Below, piece by piece: positions 25,310-38,574 of a stretch of 64,000 nucleotides of DNA (within the stretch, counting starts at the first letter, position 1; every line of letters starts with the position of its first letter). The position numbers were made by a program, and so were the translations under genes. This stretch comes from Chiloscyllium plagiosum. Taxonomy: Eukaryota. A model generated the notes under the pieces. That model was given only the letters and a program-made list of their open reading frames with translations. It ran no database searches and had not been told where the DNA came from. Location of the stretch: the NCBI RefSeq assembly GCF_004010195.1, contig NC_057751.1, positions 8,236,404-8,300,403 of the forward strand, in the 5' to 3' direction.

Positions 25310-25631
25310 TGTTTGCACAAGTATCTTCTGCGTGAAGTTTAATACAGCTAATAAAACAAAACAAAAGTGCAAAGGAAAGAACCTAATCTGGGAGAGGATT
25401 AGGGCTGTTGATGTATGGGCGGGAACTGTTTATCAAGCAGACTTCAAGGTATATCCCTGTGCTTTCTATATCCCTCATGCTAATCAGAAAGGAAGGCAAA
25501 ATGAAAATGAACTCAATCTAACTATGTTCTGACTACTCAAAAGAAAAGTGTTGATGCATTGTGGGGGACAAAGCAGACTTTCATTTTCAGAGCACCTTAA
25601 TATATCTTTCAGAATGTATCAAAGCCTGCAC

Positions 25632-25865
25632 TGATAACTCCACAGAGGCTGGTATCCTGTCACCAAGTCACTCTTTATTTACATGTGCACAGCACATGGA
25701 CTCTGACCAGCTCAATCAGAGTCAGTCCCAAGTATGAAGAGAATCCCTGATGCTCCTGTTTCTATCTGTCAGCCAGGGCTCCCTGATTGGGACAGGTCAA
25801 CAGCCCCAGTCTGGGAACTCATGTTCTATGAGATCCACCTGGCCAACCTCATTCCAATCACCACA
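25632..25865 (-). mobile_element. Roughly 230-bp solo-LTR-like dispersed repeat
   Basis: Homologous copies at 31405-31640 and 55382-55612; minus strand has TGTGGTGATTGG start, CCAAT box and AATAAA. Confidence 0.55.
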
Positions 25866-26905
25866 TCCACCAAAAATTAATTTACATTCACACATATCTT
25901 GAGTGCAATGAAACATCCCAGGATGTGTCGAATGAGCTTTTCAAAACCAAGTGTAGGACTGAGCCACAGAACAAAATAGGTGAACATCAACTTGATGGAC
26001 CAAAGGGTCTCTTCTGAGCTCCAGGACTCTGTGATCTGAAAGCTTTTGATAAGTACGCTGAAGGAGGAAAGCAAGGTAAAAAGGGTGAGAAAAGGAATGA
26101 CAGAGCTTTGGGTCCCATGCAACTGATGCATGGCCACCAGTGGTGGAGCCATTATGACTGGGAGAACACAAGAAGCCAAAGTTAGAGAAGGACAAGATTG
26201 CAGAGATGGGGCGGGAGCGAGGCCATGGGGCAATTTATTAAAGGAGGATGAGAATTTTAACATTTGGATAGTTCCTGACCAAGAGCCAATGTTGGCCAGC
26301 GAGCACAGGGGTGAACAACATTTCAGTTAAGACATGGGGTTTGAGTTTTGGATGACCTCAGGTTTATGGAAGGTGCAATGTATGCATTGGTCATGTGCAT
26401 AGGGAACCATGACACAAGTGAGTGCTTCAACAGTGCATGAGCTGACCCAGAGTAAGGGTCATTGCCATGGAGTGCTGGCTTTATTCTGCCTGCCTTTCTC
26501 TCTTCTATCAGACTTTGCAATCACTTAACAAACACTTGCACATCCATGAAAATAATGAATTGTTAAACATACTTCACATCTGATTGGTGGAAGCAAGATG
26601 AAGGCTTTCAGCTGCATCTCAGGAGCTGTGCTGATGCTAGCAAAACCTCTGGAGCCTGTTCTGAGGTTAATAAATTCCCAGGATTGCAGCTGTGCAACTC
26701 AGTTGCTGTTATCACCCTTCTCCTGAAGGTGTTGTACATTGATAACCAGGAGCAATCTGGTGTTGTGCTGTGCGGGTGCAGCATTGCCGAGGACCATACC
26801 TCAGATGAGACATGGGACAAAAAATCTGGTGATTCAGACCAGAAACAAGACTGACAGGAGTTATGGGGAATGCCCTCTGTGGCTCGAACAAGACAGATCC
26901 CTCAA

Positions 26906-27316
26906 ATAGAGTCATAGAGTCATACAGCACAGAAACAGACCCTTCAGTCCAACTCATTCATGCCGGCCAGATATCCAAAGTTAATCCAGTGCCATTTGCC
27001 AGTACTTGGCCCATATACCTCTAAACCATTCCCATTCATATACCCATTCTGATGCCTTTTAAATGTTGTAAGTGTACCAGCCTCCACCACTTCCTCCGGC
27101 AGCTGTTTCCATGCATGCACCATCCTCTGTATGAAAAAATTGCCCCTTCGGTCCCTTTTAAATCTTTCCCTTCTTGCCTTAAACCTTTGCCCTCTAGTTT
27201 TGGACTTCCCTACCCTGGGGAAAAGACCTTAGCTATTCACCCCATCCGTGCCCCTCATGATTTTATAAACCTCTGTAAAGTCACCCCTCAGCGTCTGATG
27301 GTCCAGGGAAAATAAC
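26906..27316 (-). mobile_element. CR1/HER1-like LINE 3' fragment
   Basis: TAGAGTCATAGAGTCA tail; reverse complement of the 2800-3186 type sequence. Confidence 0.85.
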
Positions 27317-29094
27317 ACCAGTAGAAGCAGAATAACAGCTGATTCTTAACACAGCTACTGTGCACGGACTTGTGTGTACGACTGCTGCTCTGCAATTTTC
27401 TAAATACAATTCCTGAACTTCAAGCTGACTGATAGTACTTCAGGGCTTTTGAGTTGTTTCTCAATGATTCACAAAGGTGCAACAGAAATACCATTCTTAC
27501 CTTCTTTTCTAACACGAGGCGCTGTACACAAATCATAACTTAGCAAATAGGCCTTTCTGGCAAACAGCCAAATTGTACGTGCAAACGTCTCAGCTGGTTC
27601 ACAAAACCACACAATTTTCGTGTGAGGTTTTTTGCTCTGTTGGTCAGAGCTGCCCGTGTCAGTCACAGGGTGCATCAGAGGTAGGACAAAACTTCTTCTG
27701 CACAGTACCGGTCAAGCACTTAACATATGCATGAAGAGCTCTTGAAATAAAAATTATTCAATTTTCCAGCACTAATACACCTGAACTTAATGAGCATAAA
27801 CTTGAGCAAAAATTAGTCACTGATTAATTTAGTAACACTGAGGCTGAAACATGTATTTCATCAGCCCAGTGTGCAGTGAGCAAGAAATCTTCCCATGTGC
27901 TGTTTCCTGCCCGAATGACCACAGGATAACAGATATGTCAACCATACTTAATCAAACATTAACCAGAATCCTGCAGTAACTTGCCCAGATACCCTGTGCT
28001 CCACTTGGATGCACTTTATTCCAGTGAAGACGATACCCAAAGGGTGTCCACCACATTGACGCACAAACTCAAGCCATGATTTACCAGAGCTGAGGGCATC
28101 AAAATGTAATAGATGGTAATGTAATTGGATTCTACCAGTATGGGAAAATAAGACATGGGTACAGCCACTGTAAAGTACATGTGCACATGTTAGCTGGGGG
28201 TCATGTTCCACACAGTTCAGTAGAGTGGTGACATTGGTACATGAAGAATGAAACTGTGGTCAAGGAACTCAGCACCAATTGAATTATACCTGGATGTGAA
28301 TTAAGTGCTCCGGGAGAAGCAGCAAGGAGAGAAAACACAACTTGAAAGATGAACGATAGGTTTAGATAAGGGACATAATTGGTCTTAGCTGTCATTGATA
28401 AATACAATGAGAAAGTAGCAATAGCAGTTGTCATATCTGATCCTCTGGTTTAATTCTGATGTGACTTGAACTAGAGACCACACGGAGTTTGAGGGCAAGG
28501 GTTTTTGGATGTAATGAAGAGATATCTTTTCAATGAGAAGCCTGTGGGTGCTTAGTTGTTGACCACATTCAAGACTGCCATCAATAAAGTGATTGGACAG
28601 AAAGGGCATCAAGACAGACATGGGGGGTCAAGTTAAATTTGAGGTGGCATATTACATCTGGCCTCCCTGAATGGGCGGGCAGGTTCGATGGACTAAATGG
28701 CCTATTCCTGCTCCTATTTCTTATGCTGTTATTGTTAGCTCCACAATAGAATGAAAGGGGATGGGAAGGTTCTTAATCCTTGTTCTTGGATTCCAGCCAT
28801 TCTGTACACAAACCATATGAACCTCTCTGCTCACTTCCAGCTCGCAGCTCACTCCTGGGCATCCATTATGCTGGAAACAAACAATCTAAATCCCTTAATT
28901 AGACTGCCATCTGCAACTCACTCCTGGTGCCAGTTATTCCATAAAGCAAACATGCAAACTTTTCAATTAGATTCCACCTCACAAGACAGTCTCAGGTAGC
29001 TGCCACCGTTGGATATAAACTGCATGAACTCCTCGATTAAATTATAGCTCTGGACCTCTCGAGCACAGAACACTATTGATCTGATCAGCATATT

Positions 29095-29470
29095 TCCACC
29101 AAAAAGTAATGAGCACCTCCAGAACGCTTTGAAGCGAGCCAATTACTTTTGTCACTGCTGAGAGGTAGGAAATGCGGCAGCCAATTTGTGCACAGCGAGA
29201 TCCCAATGGCATCAAAGTGATGGATGTTGCCTGGTTCATGTGTTTTAATGGTTGATGCTTAAGCATCAAACAGGTAAAAATGCTGCTCCTCCTCCTCTTG
29301 CAATAGTACTGCTGGAATATTTTTCATTAATCTGAGAGGGCACACAGGACATCAATGTGACATCATTTGGAAGACACTGTCACCATCAGTGCAACAATCC
29401 TGTTGTTACCAACACTAGAAGATCAGCCAAGTCTTTGTGCTCAAGTCTCTTGGGTGCAACCAACTGAGAC
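29095..29470 (-). mobile_element. DeuSINE-like remnant
   Basis: Reverse-complement tail GGAAATGCGGCAGCCAATTTGTGCACAGCGAGATCCCA. Confidence 0.55.
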
Positions 29471-29496
29471 ACAGCTGACATGGTTGATATTGCCAG

Positions 29497-30103
29497 ATAG
29501 AGTCATAGAGCACGGAAACAGACCCTTCAGTCCAACTAGTCTGTGCTGACTAGATATTCTAAATTAATCTAGTCCCATTATCCAGCACTTGGCCAAATCC
29601 CTCAAAACCCTCACTATTCATGTACCCATCCAAATTACTTAAATGTTATAATTGTACCAGCTTCCGCCACTTCCACCAACAGCTCATTCCATACACGCAC
29701 CATGCTCTGCATGAAAATGTTGTCCCTCAGGTCCCTTTTAAATCTTTACCTCCTCCCCTTAAACCTGCACCCTCTAGTTTTAGACTCACCCATCCCGGGG
29801 AAAAGACCTTGTCTATTTACTCTATCTATGCCCCTCATGATTTTATAAACATCTACAAGGTCACCCCTGAGCCTACAATGGTCCAAGATTACTGGCTCCA
29901 GTCTGTTCAGCCTCTCCCTATGGCTCAAACCCTCCAAACCCAGCAACATCCTTGTAAATCTTTTCTGCACCTCTCAAGTTTAACAATATGTTTCCTATAG
30001 CAGGGAAGCCAGAAGTGAACGCAATACTCCAAAAGTGGCCAAACCAATGTCCTGTACAGCTGCAACATGGCAACTTCTACACTCAATTCCCTGCCCAATA
30101 AAG
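29497..30103 (-). mobile_element. CR1/HER1-like LINE 3' fragment
   Basis: MQKRFTRMLLGLEGLSHRERLNRL...RLRGDLVDVYKIMRG. Confidence 0.88.
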
Positions 30104-30496
30104 ATGTTCAAAAGAAAATTTAATTGGACATTGTTGCATCTTTATTGGCGGCAAACGATGATGCACTCCGATTCAACTTTTGGTTTTGACGAATTAGCAC
30201 TGCCTCTGAATCCACTGTAGAGATTCTAACAACCATTTTATAAAAGCACTATTCATTTTCCACAGTTCAATCCCCAACAAACAACTGTCCAGCAATGTCT
30301 TCATGTATCAAGTGGCTTGTCCAGGTCAGTGGAAAGAACCTGCTATTTCTACAAGTCCTGCATTTGACATTTATATAATTTCATTTGAAACAGAAAACAG
30401 GGTCACATTTCTAACCTGCTTTCTCACTGCTGGCCACCAGCATTATAAGGTTTCATGACCCAGAGTTCTGGGTGGACTGAACACTCCATTCAGTCT

Positions 30497-30706
30497 GAAT
30501 AGAAAATGCTGGAAAATCTCAGCAGGTCTGGCAGCATCTGTAAGGAGAGAAAAGAGCTGATGTTTCGAGTCTAACTGACTCTTTGTCAAAGCTTTGTCAG
30601 TTAGACTTGAAACGTCAGCTCTTTTCTCTCCTTACAGATGCTGCCGAGATTTTCCAGCATTTTCTCTTTTGGTTTCAGATTCCAGCATCTGCAGTAATTT
30701 GCTTTT
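30497..30706. mobile_element. Family B inverted pair with 14-bp TSD
   Basis: TSD ACTCCATTCAGTCT at 30483-30496 and 30707-30720; arms meet at the HHR. Confidence 0.9.
30555..30593 (-). ncRNA. HHR variant with U3-A8 core
   Basis: Minus strand AGCT-TTGACAA-A-GAGTC-AGTTA-GACTC-GAAAC-ATC-AGCT; perfect 5-bp stem II and 4-bp stem I. Confidence 0.65.
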
Positions 30707-31404
30707 ACTCCATTCAGTCTATTGTCAGGGATGTTGCTCTGAATATTTACAGGAGTGGGGGGTGAATTTTCAGAACATCTCAACTCAGAAATCAGTCTTT
30801 AGCCTTTCCCGGGCACTGTTGCTGTGCTGTTTTCACACAAAGGTTTCCATGCAGCAGTTTAAGGAATCACTTGCAGACTCAATTCTACACCCATGAATTG
30901 TGTCCAACATTGACTGTACCATCTGCTCGTCAAAGGATTAAGAACCAGTGGGGACAGACTGATTTGCAAAAGGTGCAAACATGATGTGGGTTGGGGAGAA
31001 ATAGTGTTTCCACATGGCGAGTAGTTCAGGTATGGGAAGCGCTGCCTGAAAGTGTGATGAAGGTAGGTTCAGTTGAGGGTAGTGGATGATGATCTGCAAA
31101 AATGTGCAGGAGTATGGGCAAGAAGCAGGAGATGGGCTGAAGTTAATGATTCTCAAATAAAGACCTGATACAGGAGTGATGGGCTGAATGGTCTCATTCT
31201 GGCCCCACTACACCTCCGTGATTCCACTGAGAAAGGAGAATAAAGGCTTGCAAGATGGATTTTTAAAGCCAGTAAATCCCATCAAAAGGTTGACGTGTAC
31301 CAGACTGGAAAGGGTTGCAGAAGCAGTCAAGACATTCCCAAATGTATGTTGCATGGAATTTCCTACCAGTGTATATACATGATCTGTTCTTCCCAGAGTA
31401 ATGG

Positions 31405-31640
31405 TGCAGTGAGTAGAACAAGGTTGGCCAGGTGGACCTGATTGACTATGGGATCCCCGATTGGAGCCGTGAATCTAGTCCAATCTGGGAGCCCTGACTG
31501 ACAGCTAGAAACAGGAGTGTCAGGATTTCTGCTCACTCTCAGAGCTGGTTCTGTGCCATCTGGGTCAGTGTCATGTACAATGCATGTGAAAAAAAAGGGT
31601 GACTTGGTGTAGGGATACTGACCTCCGTGGCATTATTTAA
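31405..31640 (+). mobile_element. Roughly 230-bp solo-LTR-like repeat
   Basis: Reverse-complement homologue of 25632-25865. Confidence 0.55.
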
Positions 31641-32529
31641 AATTGTGTGCTTTCTGGCATCTCCTGTTTCTTGTCGCCATCAACGGAGCAGGTTTTGAGG
31701 CCAGTTTTCAATCTTGATTTGACACAAAATATCACTCATTGAGTCATTTTGGACTCTGAAACACTCACAGCACTCCGGGTGCTCCCGCTATTGGTGATAA
31801 TCCCTATGGTTACATCCGGGTGATTTCAAGTTGAATTTAATCATGACACTTGCCATCATGGTTTTTCTGTGGGTCAGCTTTGTTCCTTCAGCAGTGTCTG
31901 CCTTGCACGAAGTTTTAGAAAAACTTAGGCTCGTGAAAGCTTGAAAACAATTAGGAAAAGAACTGACAAGAACCAACTTATGGGAGTTTTGTTTTACACT
32001 GTGGTTCGTTTTGTGATCTGGAGCACGTGGTCTGAAAGGAATTTCAGCAGCAGCTTCCAAAAGGACATAATGGAAATACGAAGGAGGGGAGGGAATACTG
32101 CAGGGGAGTGGGCAGCTCTTTCTAAGAATTCACGCCGACACAATGGCTGGATTCGCTGGCTTTCTCTCGATTTCGTTTTTTTCCAGTACTAAAACTACTC
32201 AACCTCTGCTGTTGCTTGTCATTTGCAAGAGCAGTGCTTCAAAAAACAAGATGGGATAAGAATGATCCCAGCTAATGGTCAAAGCTTTCAAATCAGATCT
32301 GAGAGAGAAACCCGGCTAACTCAGTCGCACGTTTCAGTTTTGCAGTTTGTTTACAATGGTGCTGTCAGCGAACATATTCACATGAGGCTGCCAGTGTTCT
32401 TTCAACAAAAGAAAGCAAGTTTGTCACACACATAAAACAAAGTACATGCAGGAGGCAATTTAGAAAACATAAGCAGCAAAAATGATTTTAAAAATATCGG
32501 TCCTTTTTTTCCCTCAGTGACGCACTTAA

Positions 32530-32690
32530 ATAAAACAAACAAGTGCGGATGCTGAAGATCTGAAACAAAACAGAAACTATTGGAGAAACTCAGCAGGTCT
32601 GGCAGCACCTGCAGACAGAAAGCAATGTTAACGAGTCAAGTCCGGTGACCTTCTTCAGAAGAGTTTCTCCAGCAATTTTAGTTTTTGCTT
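32530..32690. mobile_element. Old PLE pseudo-LTR with short inverted arm and decayed HHR
   Basis: GGAGAAACTCAGCAGGTCTGGCAGC...GTGACCTTCTTCAGAA followed by inverted GAGTTTCTCCAGC. Confidence 0.6.
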
Positions 32691-33129
32691 TAATAGCACT
32701 TCACTGGCTGTAAAGAGTTTTGCGACATCCTGTTTTCATGAAAATCACTGTCAAATGCAAGTCTTTCATCAAATCACAGTTTCAATCTTATAAGAGGCAT
32801 AATTTTTAACCTGGAGTTCAGTCTTCCTCACTCCATAACCTGACTCACTGATGCCATTTCAAAACATGCATGATCCAAATGCTAGAAGGTAAATTTGTTT
32901 TGAGATCTTGATTCGATTCATGTCCAATGTTGTTCATGTTGTATCATGGAAATGAATATGGCCACAGACACAAATATAAACAAAGAGGCCTCTGGAACTC
33001 TCAAGAGTCAGACAGTCATCACTCCTTTAAGAGCTGGAGACAGAGATGCAGCAGTCTCAAAGCAGGGACATGGTAGCTGAGCAGTGCAGTCTCGAGTGTG
33101 CTGTATAGACACCAGTGTCCAGGTGATAT

Positions 33130-33265
33130 CCAGCTCTGATAAGGAGTCATCTAGACTCAAAATGTAAGCTTGCTTACTCTCTATGGATGCTGCCTGACCC
33201 GCTATGATCTTTAGCACTTTTTGTTTCCAATTTAGATTCAAGCATCTGCAGTAATTTCGTTCTCA
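33130..33265 (+). mobile_element. PLE pseudo-LTR related to family B, decayed HHR
   Basis: AGCT-CTGATAA-G-GAGTC-ATCTA-GACTC-AAAAT-GTA-AGCT, then GGATGCTGCCTGACC and AGCATCTGCAGTAATTT. Confidence 0.65.
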
Positions 33266-34329
33266 AATATCCGTGTGTCATGGTAGGCAGAATCCATGAA
33301 GACAGAATAACACTCAGTTAAATCTATGGAAGCAGTGCAAACCACTTCATGTCTGGTCAGTAATGTTGCTCAGGTAAAGAGAAATAGGTGGAGGGCATTC
33401 ATTGACTTGTGTGCATATAAACAGGGAACAGCTAGGACACTTGCTCTTGTACGGGAGCTGGAAGACTGAGGAAGTCGGTAAACTCTTCCTATGAAGAAAA
33501 GCCACATGTCTTGGTTTCTACCCAACCAACTGGCTTGCAACATTACCATTCATTCAATGACTGGTATGGCACAAGGAAACTGCAAGGGTTTCATGATGGA
33601 TGTCTGATCATGGACCTTTCATGCCCTTATCTCCAATATGACATGCTGAGATTGTCAAAATAATGAGGAAAGACTGTTTGCTAACACATTAAAAAAAAAC
33701 GCAGTTTACAATGAATCCCATCAGAACCTGTAACAAGTTGGAAGCAAATATAAAAGTTTTTCCAGAATGCATAAACTGGATTTCTGCGTTTCAAAACAAT
33801 ACAAGTACCTATTAAATTCATTGCTGGGGAGAAAGGCTATATCATTATGCAGTCAATGGGTTGACACCTTTTTATGTGCATGACAGTTGTAGGATGTTAC
33901 ATGTACCTTCTTGTCATATGATGGGAACAATTGAATGCACAGCGTTGCAAGATACATTGTTTTATGTAAAACAGACACAAATTATGAGGAGGTACAATGT
34001 ATTGCCATCTCTCTTTTGGTGAAAGAAAGGGCAATTACCTTGAACTCCAGTTAAAAAAATATATTTACATTTCCTGTCAACATCTGCACAAAGAGTGGAA
34101 ATTGAACAAATTAATTCAATTGGAATGAGGTGCCTGTGGCAAGATGATTACTGTGTCAACAGACGGATGTTTGATGGATTACTGACTCCAAACGCCTGTT
34201 CAGGATGCAGCTCCAAGCTCAGTGACTGACTACCTCAATGCAAAGAGCTGAAATTTCTCCCAGCTCAATGTTGGAGAAATGAAGGTCATTTTCTTGACCT
34301 CTTGCCACTGTTTTCAAACCTCCGGCCGG

Positions 34330-35138
34330 TGTCATGATGCTGTCACTTTAAGAAGTTATTTTGTCCTGGTTTTTGTTTTCGAAGGGAGGTTATAAGGTAG
34401 AGACGCCAACTCGTCTATCAGAACCACGAGAGAAAATGGTTTGGGAGGTCTTGGTTTTTTTTAAAAAACAGCTTTAGTGGGTGTGGACAAGCAGAAGGCT
34501 GGGAGAACACAGCAAGCCAGGCAGCATCAGGAGGTGGTGAAGTCAACATTTCAAGTGTAACCCTTCTTCAGGACTCGGGGTGGGTTTAAAGTGAGCTGCA
34601 GATAAAGGGGGTGGGGGAGGAGAGACAGGGAATTGAGGTAGGGTAGGTGAACTCAGGCAGAGCATGATCTGGATGTGGCACAGATCAGGATTTCTGAGTT
34701 TTTAGGTTGAGCTTTCAGTAGAAGCCTTTGGGGTCTCAACAGAGTTGGAAGCTTCAGTGAATGTCTCCTAGCTGCCACTCTCTCTGAATTTTCTCTTGAT
34801 TTTTTTTGCCTTCTGGATTGGAGAACTGCATGCGAGAATCTTAATTTTCCTTTTTGCCAAGGGGTGTTTTTATGAGATGTTACGATATTGGAATAGCTAA
34901 TTGGTTACTATATCTATTAGTCTGTCAGGTTTTCCAGTAGACTTCAGTTATTCCAAATGCATCTTTCTTTGGTTGTATTTTAATTATAGTGTTTAAATAA
35001 ATTGTGCTTGACTTCACATTGAGTAGTCTGACCAGTTGTATTGCATCTGGAACATGGACTTCACATTTGTCTCAAAAGAGTTAGGGTCTAGGCTATCTTC
35101 TTAAAGTATTTTGAGAGAGTCTGGTCTGGTCCATAACA
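34330..35138 (+). mobile_element. Solo LTR (same family as 24143-24779) with a nested PLE pseudo-LTR
   Basis: TGTCATG...CCATAACA termini; flanks CCGG / CGGG (4-bp TSD with one mismatch). Confidence 0.68.
34490..34670 (-). mobile_element. PLE pseudo-LTR family C, HHR remnant at 34541-34575
   Basis: Minus strand AGTC-CTGAAGA-A-GGGTTACACTT-GAAAT-GTT-GACT. Confidence 0.7.
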
Positions 35139-35789
35139 CGGGACTTCAATCAACCACCACACCTGCAACCACGTTGAATCTTCTCTGAACCCTAAGACCT
35201 TCACAATGTATTTTCAACCAGTAAAGTTGTTTTCCTTCACTTCTGAAGGTTCTCATATTTCAATCCCTCACTGCTGTCAAAAAGCTAATCGATGTGTTCG
35301 CCACTTCAGGGCTTGACTTCTTGAGATGGTCCTTTTTCTCTGCATCCGACAATCCTGTCCCCAGTGGACACAGCACCTTCAGAACATCTAAGCCCCACAT
35401 TCAAATCTCTCTGCTTGCTCACTGGCCACTGGACAGCAACAAACTGATGAGCGCCACCTTTTCCTTCTCTCTCTCTGGAGTCCTCCACCCAAGCTCTTCT
35501 GAGAAACTCTGCTCCCCCAGGGTGTGGTGGAGGTGTCATCACCAAATATTTTTAAGGCGAGCTGTGTACAGATTCTTCACGAACAAGGTTTTCCAGGGGG
35601 ATTGGGGGAATGTGGAGTTGAAGCCACACTCTTATTGAATGGGAGAGCAGGCACGAGGGGCAGAAAGGCCTACTCCTGCTCCGAATCTGCACGCTTGCAC
35701 AATGTTGCCTCAACTTTGTGTCCAGAGATGTGTGCAATCCAGACACAAACCAGTAATACTGCCCGAAAGAGAAAAACCCACATTTACGT

Positions 35790-36310
35790 TGTGCGTCTCC
35801 AACCTCAACATATTCCAGACGACTTTGCTTGACCCTAACTATCATACTTGCTTTTAAAAGGCAAGCATAAGATGCAGATGTGAGCCAATTGGTCCAGCAG
35901 GAATCGTTAATCAAAACATGCTTCATTCCTACAAGACACTTAAAATACAACAATAAGAAGACGTTGCATACCGTTACTCGACTGAAACATTTAACAAGAT
36001 AATGTGTTATTTAACTACTAATCATCAACTGTTCCAATATAGGCAGCATCACATAAACACACCCTTGACAAAGGCAATTCAGCAACAGAGTTATTAGTCT
36101 CATGTGCTGTCTCTCTCCGGTCCAGAAAACTGAAAGGAACAATCTGCCCCTTTGATTTTTAAGAGGAAGCCTCTGTGTCTAAGACTTCACTCTAGCAGCA
36201 GAGAACTCAAGCTTTCAATTCCGACAGCAAGCAAAAATTACCAACTAACTGAAAAGCAAAACTAAAATCCTTTTGGGTCTGTGTGAGCCTGACCCCATCC
36301 ACTCATGATT
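35790..36310 (-). mobile_element. Diverged relative of the 24143/34330 LTR family
   Basis: Minus strand GAATTGCCTTTGTCAAGGGTGTG...TATATTGGAACAGTTGATGATTAGTAGT matches 24466-24527; ends uncertain. Confidence 0.5.
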
Positions 36311-36662
36311 CTTCCCAGGGAGAACTCAAATCTGATTACCAACACCCTGTGTGAAGGAGACATTTTGGCACCACTGTGTCAACATCCCTCTGCAAGAGAA
36401 ACAAGATAGAACAATCTCTGAAAGGCACTGCATCATCACAGTTGGCAGATGGACACTCATTTTCAAAGTTTACTTTTTTTTTCTGATGAACCCACTTTCA
36501 ACTGTTGCAATCAAAATGCAAGGAATATATTTTCAGGCAATTTTTCAAAAAAGCAACATTTCAACATGCTGGCCAATCACAGCAGGTTTCAAGGCAGATT
36601 TCATGTTCAACAAATTGCAACATGTTTCCTTGAACCCAAAACATTTGGAGTGCATTAACTGA

Positions 36663-36972
36663 GGGTGGCACAGTGACTCTATCATTAGCACTGCTGCCTC
36701 AGCAGAGACCATGGTTCGATTCCAGCCTCGGGTGATTGTCTGTGTGGAGTCTGCACATTCTCTCTGTGTCTGCGTGTGTTTCCTCCGAGTGCTCCGCTTT
36801 CCCCCCAGACATCCAAAGAGGTACAGATTAGTTGGACTGTCCATACTAAATTGCCCACGTGGATTAGCTACGTGAAATGCAGAATTACAGAGATGGAGTG
36901 GGTCTGCGTGGGAGGCTCTTCAGAGGGTCAGCTGGGCTGAATGGCCTGCTTCTACAGTCGAGGGATTTGATG
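36663..36972 (+). mobile_element. HE1-like V-SINE
   Basis: TTAGCACTGCTGCCTC...GGTTCGATTCCAGCCTCGGGTGA and V-domain. Confidence 0.8.
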
Positions 36973-38574
36973 ATTTCCAAGGTTCCCGGGATATGGAAGG
37001 TTAAATGGTGAGGGAGGGGGGGTTTGGATTTTGAAAGCAATTGAATAAGTAGGGGGACAAAAATATTTTGATCCTATGGGGGTAATGTCTGCCAAGCAGA
37101 GGTAAACATAAAATTAGAGTTTGGACATACAGGGACAGAAGAGATTTCTTCACACAACAACAAAATAACTCAGAGCAATACGCAAATTCAGCCTCTTATG
37201 TCTGCTCTGTCATTCAATATGACCAAGGCCGATCTCATCTGAGCCTCAATTTTCACTTTTCCTCCCATTCTCTATAACCCCTCAAACCATTACTGATTAA
37301 AAATCAACCTTTTCCTTAAATTTACTCAGCATCCTGCTGAGAATTCCACATATTCACGATCCTTTGAGAAAATTCTGAATTTTAAAATAGTGGAATAAGA
37401 GTCACATGGATCTTGCAGCTGCTCCTGAGATTCAGACTTATTTATAGATTTCAGTTGAGATTTTTTGTAGTTTTAGATAAGTACATGAAGAAGAAATGTT
37501 TGGGCGGGGGGATATGGGCCAAGCACAGACAGGTGGGACTAGTTTAGTTTGGGATTATGGATGGCATGGATTGGTTGGACCGAAGGGTCTGATTCCATGT
37601 TGTATGACTCGGTAACTCTTTGAATTAAATTCTCCTCACCTCACTTTTAAATCTGCCACCCCTTATGCTCTCAAAATCTGGATGAAAGATTGGAGTTGTG
37701 TCAAACTCTGGCACAAAACACCAGCCTACTCGAGAATCTTAAATCATAGAGCAAAAGATATCTGAGAGTTTCGTGCATAGAAGGGAGATTAGGCAAGGCA
37801 GATGGATGGAACTGAGAGACAGCTCAGCCAACCTGCCAGTGAATGACAGAACAAGCTTAAATGTCTTCCGTTCTGACGCACGTTCACTGAGGAATACTGT
37901 CCAATTTGAGCGCAGTTTGCCTCATCATTATTTCCACAGCAAAGTCTGGCCACGTAACAACACAGGAACTCGAGTTTTGAGAAAATAAAGATGCGATTTA
38001 TGATTCGCAGAGAGCTGAATTTATGAAATTATGATATCTGAAGTGTGTCAGAACTTCAAGGAGCCCTCTGAGCATTCAAGAAAGAAGACAGGGGATATTA
38101 AAATATTATGAATGCAGAGAATCAACACAGTATGTGACAATAAAACTGAAGTGTTCTCATGCTATTATATAAAATATTTATTCTTCCCAATTTTATCAAA
38201 AACACTGGACAGCAATGCTACTAAGCTGCAAACTTTAATTAAGAAACCTGTTGACTAAAAACAGATTGTTTTCATGAGATGGTGCTTCGGACTAAAAATA
38301 TAAAGCTGAATCTCAAGCAATAGATTGAAGCATGTGTTGATAATAATTTGAATTAAGTTGGTGACTTTCTGCTGAAACACACATGAGAAGGTCCAGGGCT
38401 GAATATCTCCCCTGAAGTGTTGAGTTCTCCACGGTATATGGCAGTGTACGTCTTTGGTACATGACACACTCTAAACCACCAGCCGCATAATTTGAGAACT
38501 TGAGTGCCTGGGTGAATGAAGATAAACATAGCAAGCATAAATAAATAGCATTGAGAGCTGCTATTTATTGGAAA

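Noticed and set aside
26131..26149. CTCF-like TGGCCACCAGTGGTGGAGC
   Set aside because: The 3' half departs from the consensus, and it appears to lie in a decayed LINE-like remnant
27480..27700. Strong minus-strand donor AAG/GTAAGA at about 27500 beside a 68-aa ORF
   Set aside because: No clear acceptor or homology; isolated donor-like sites are common
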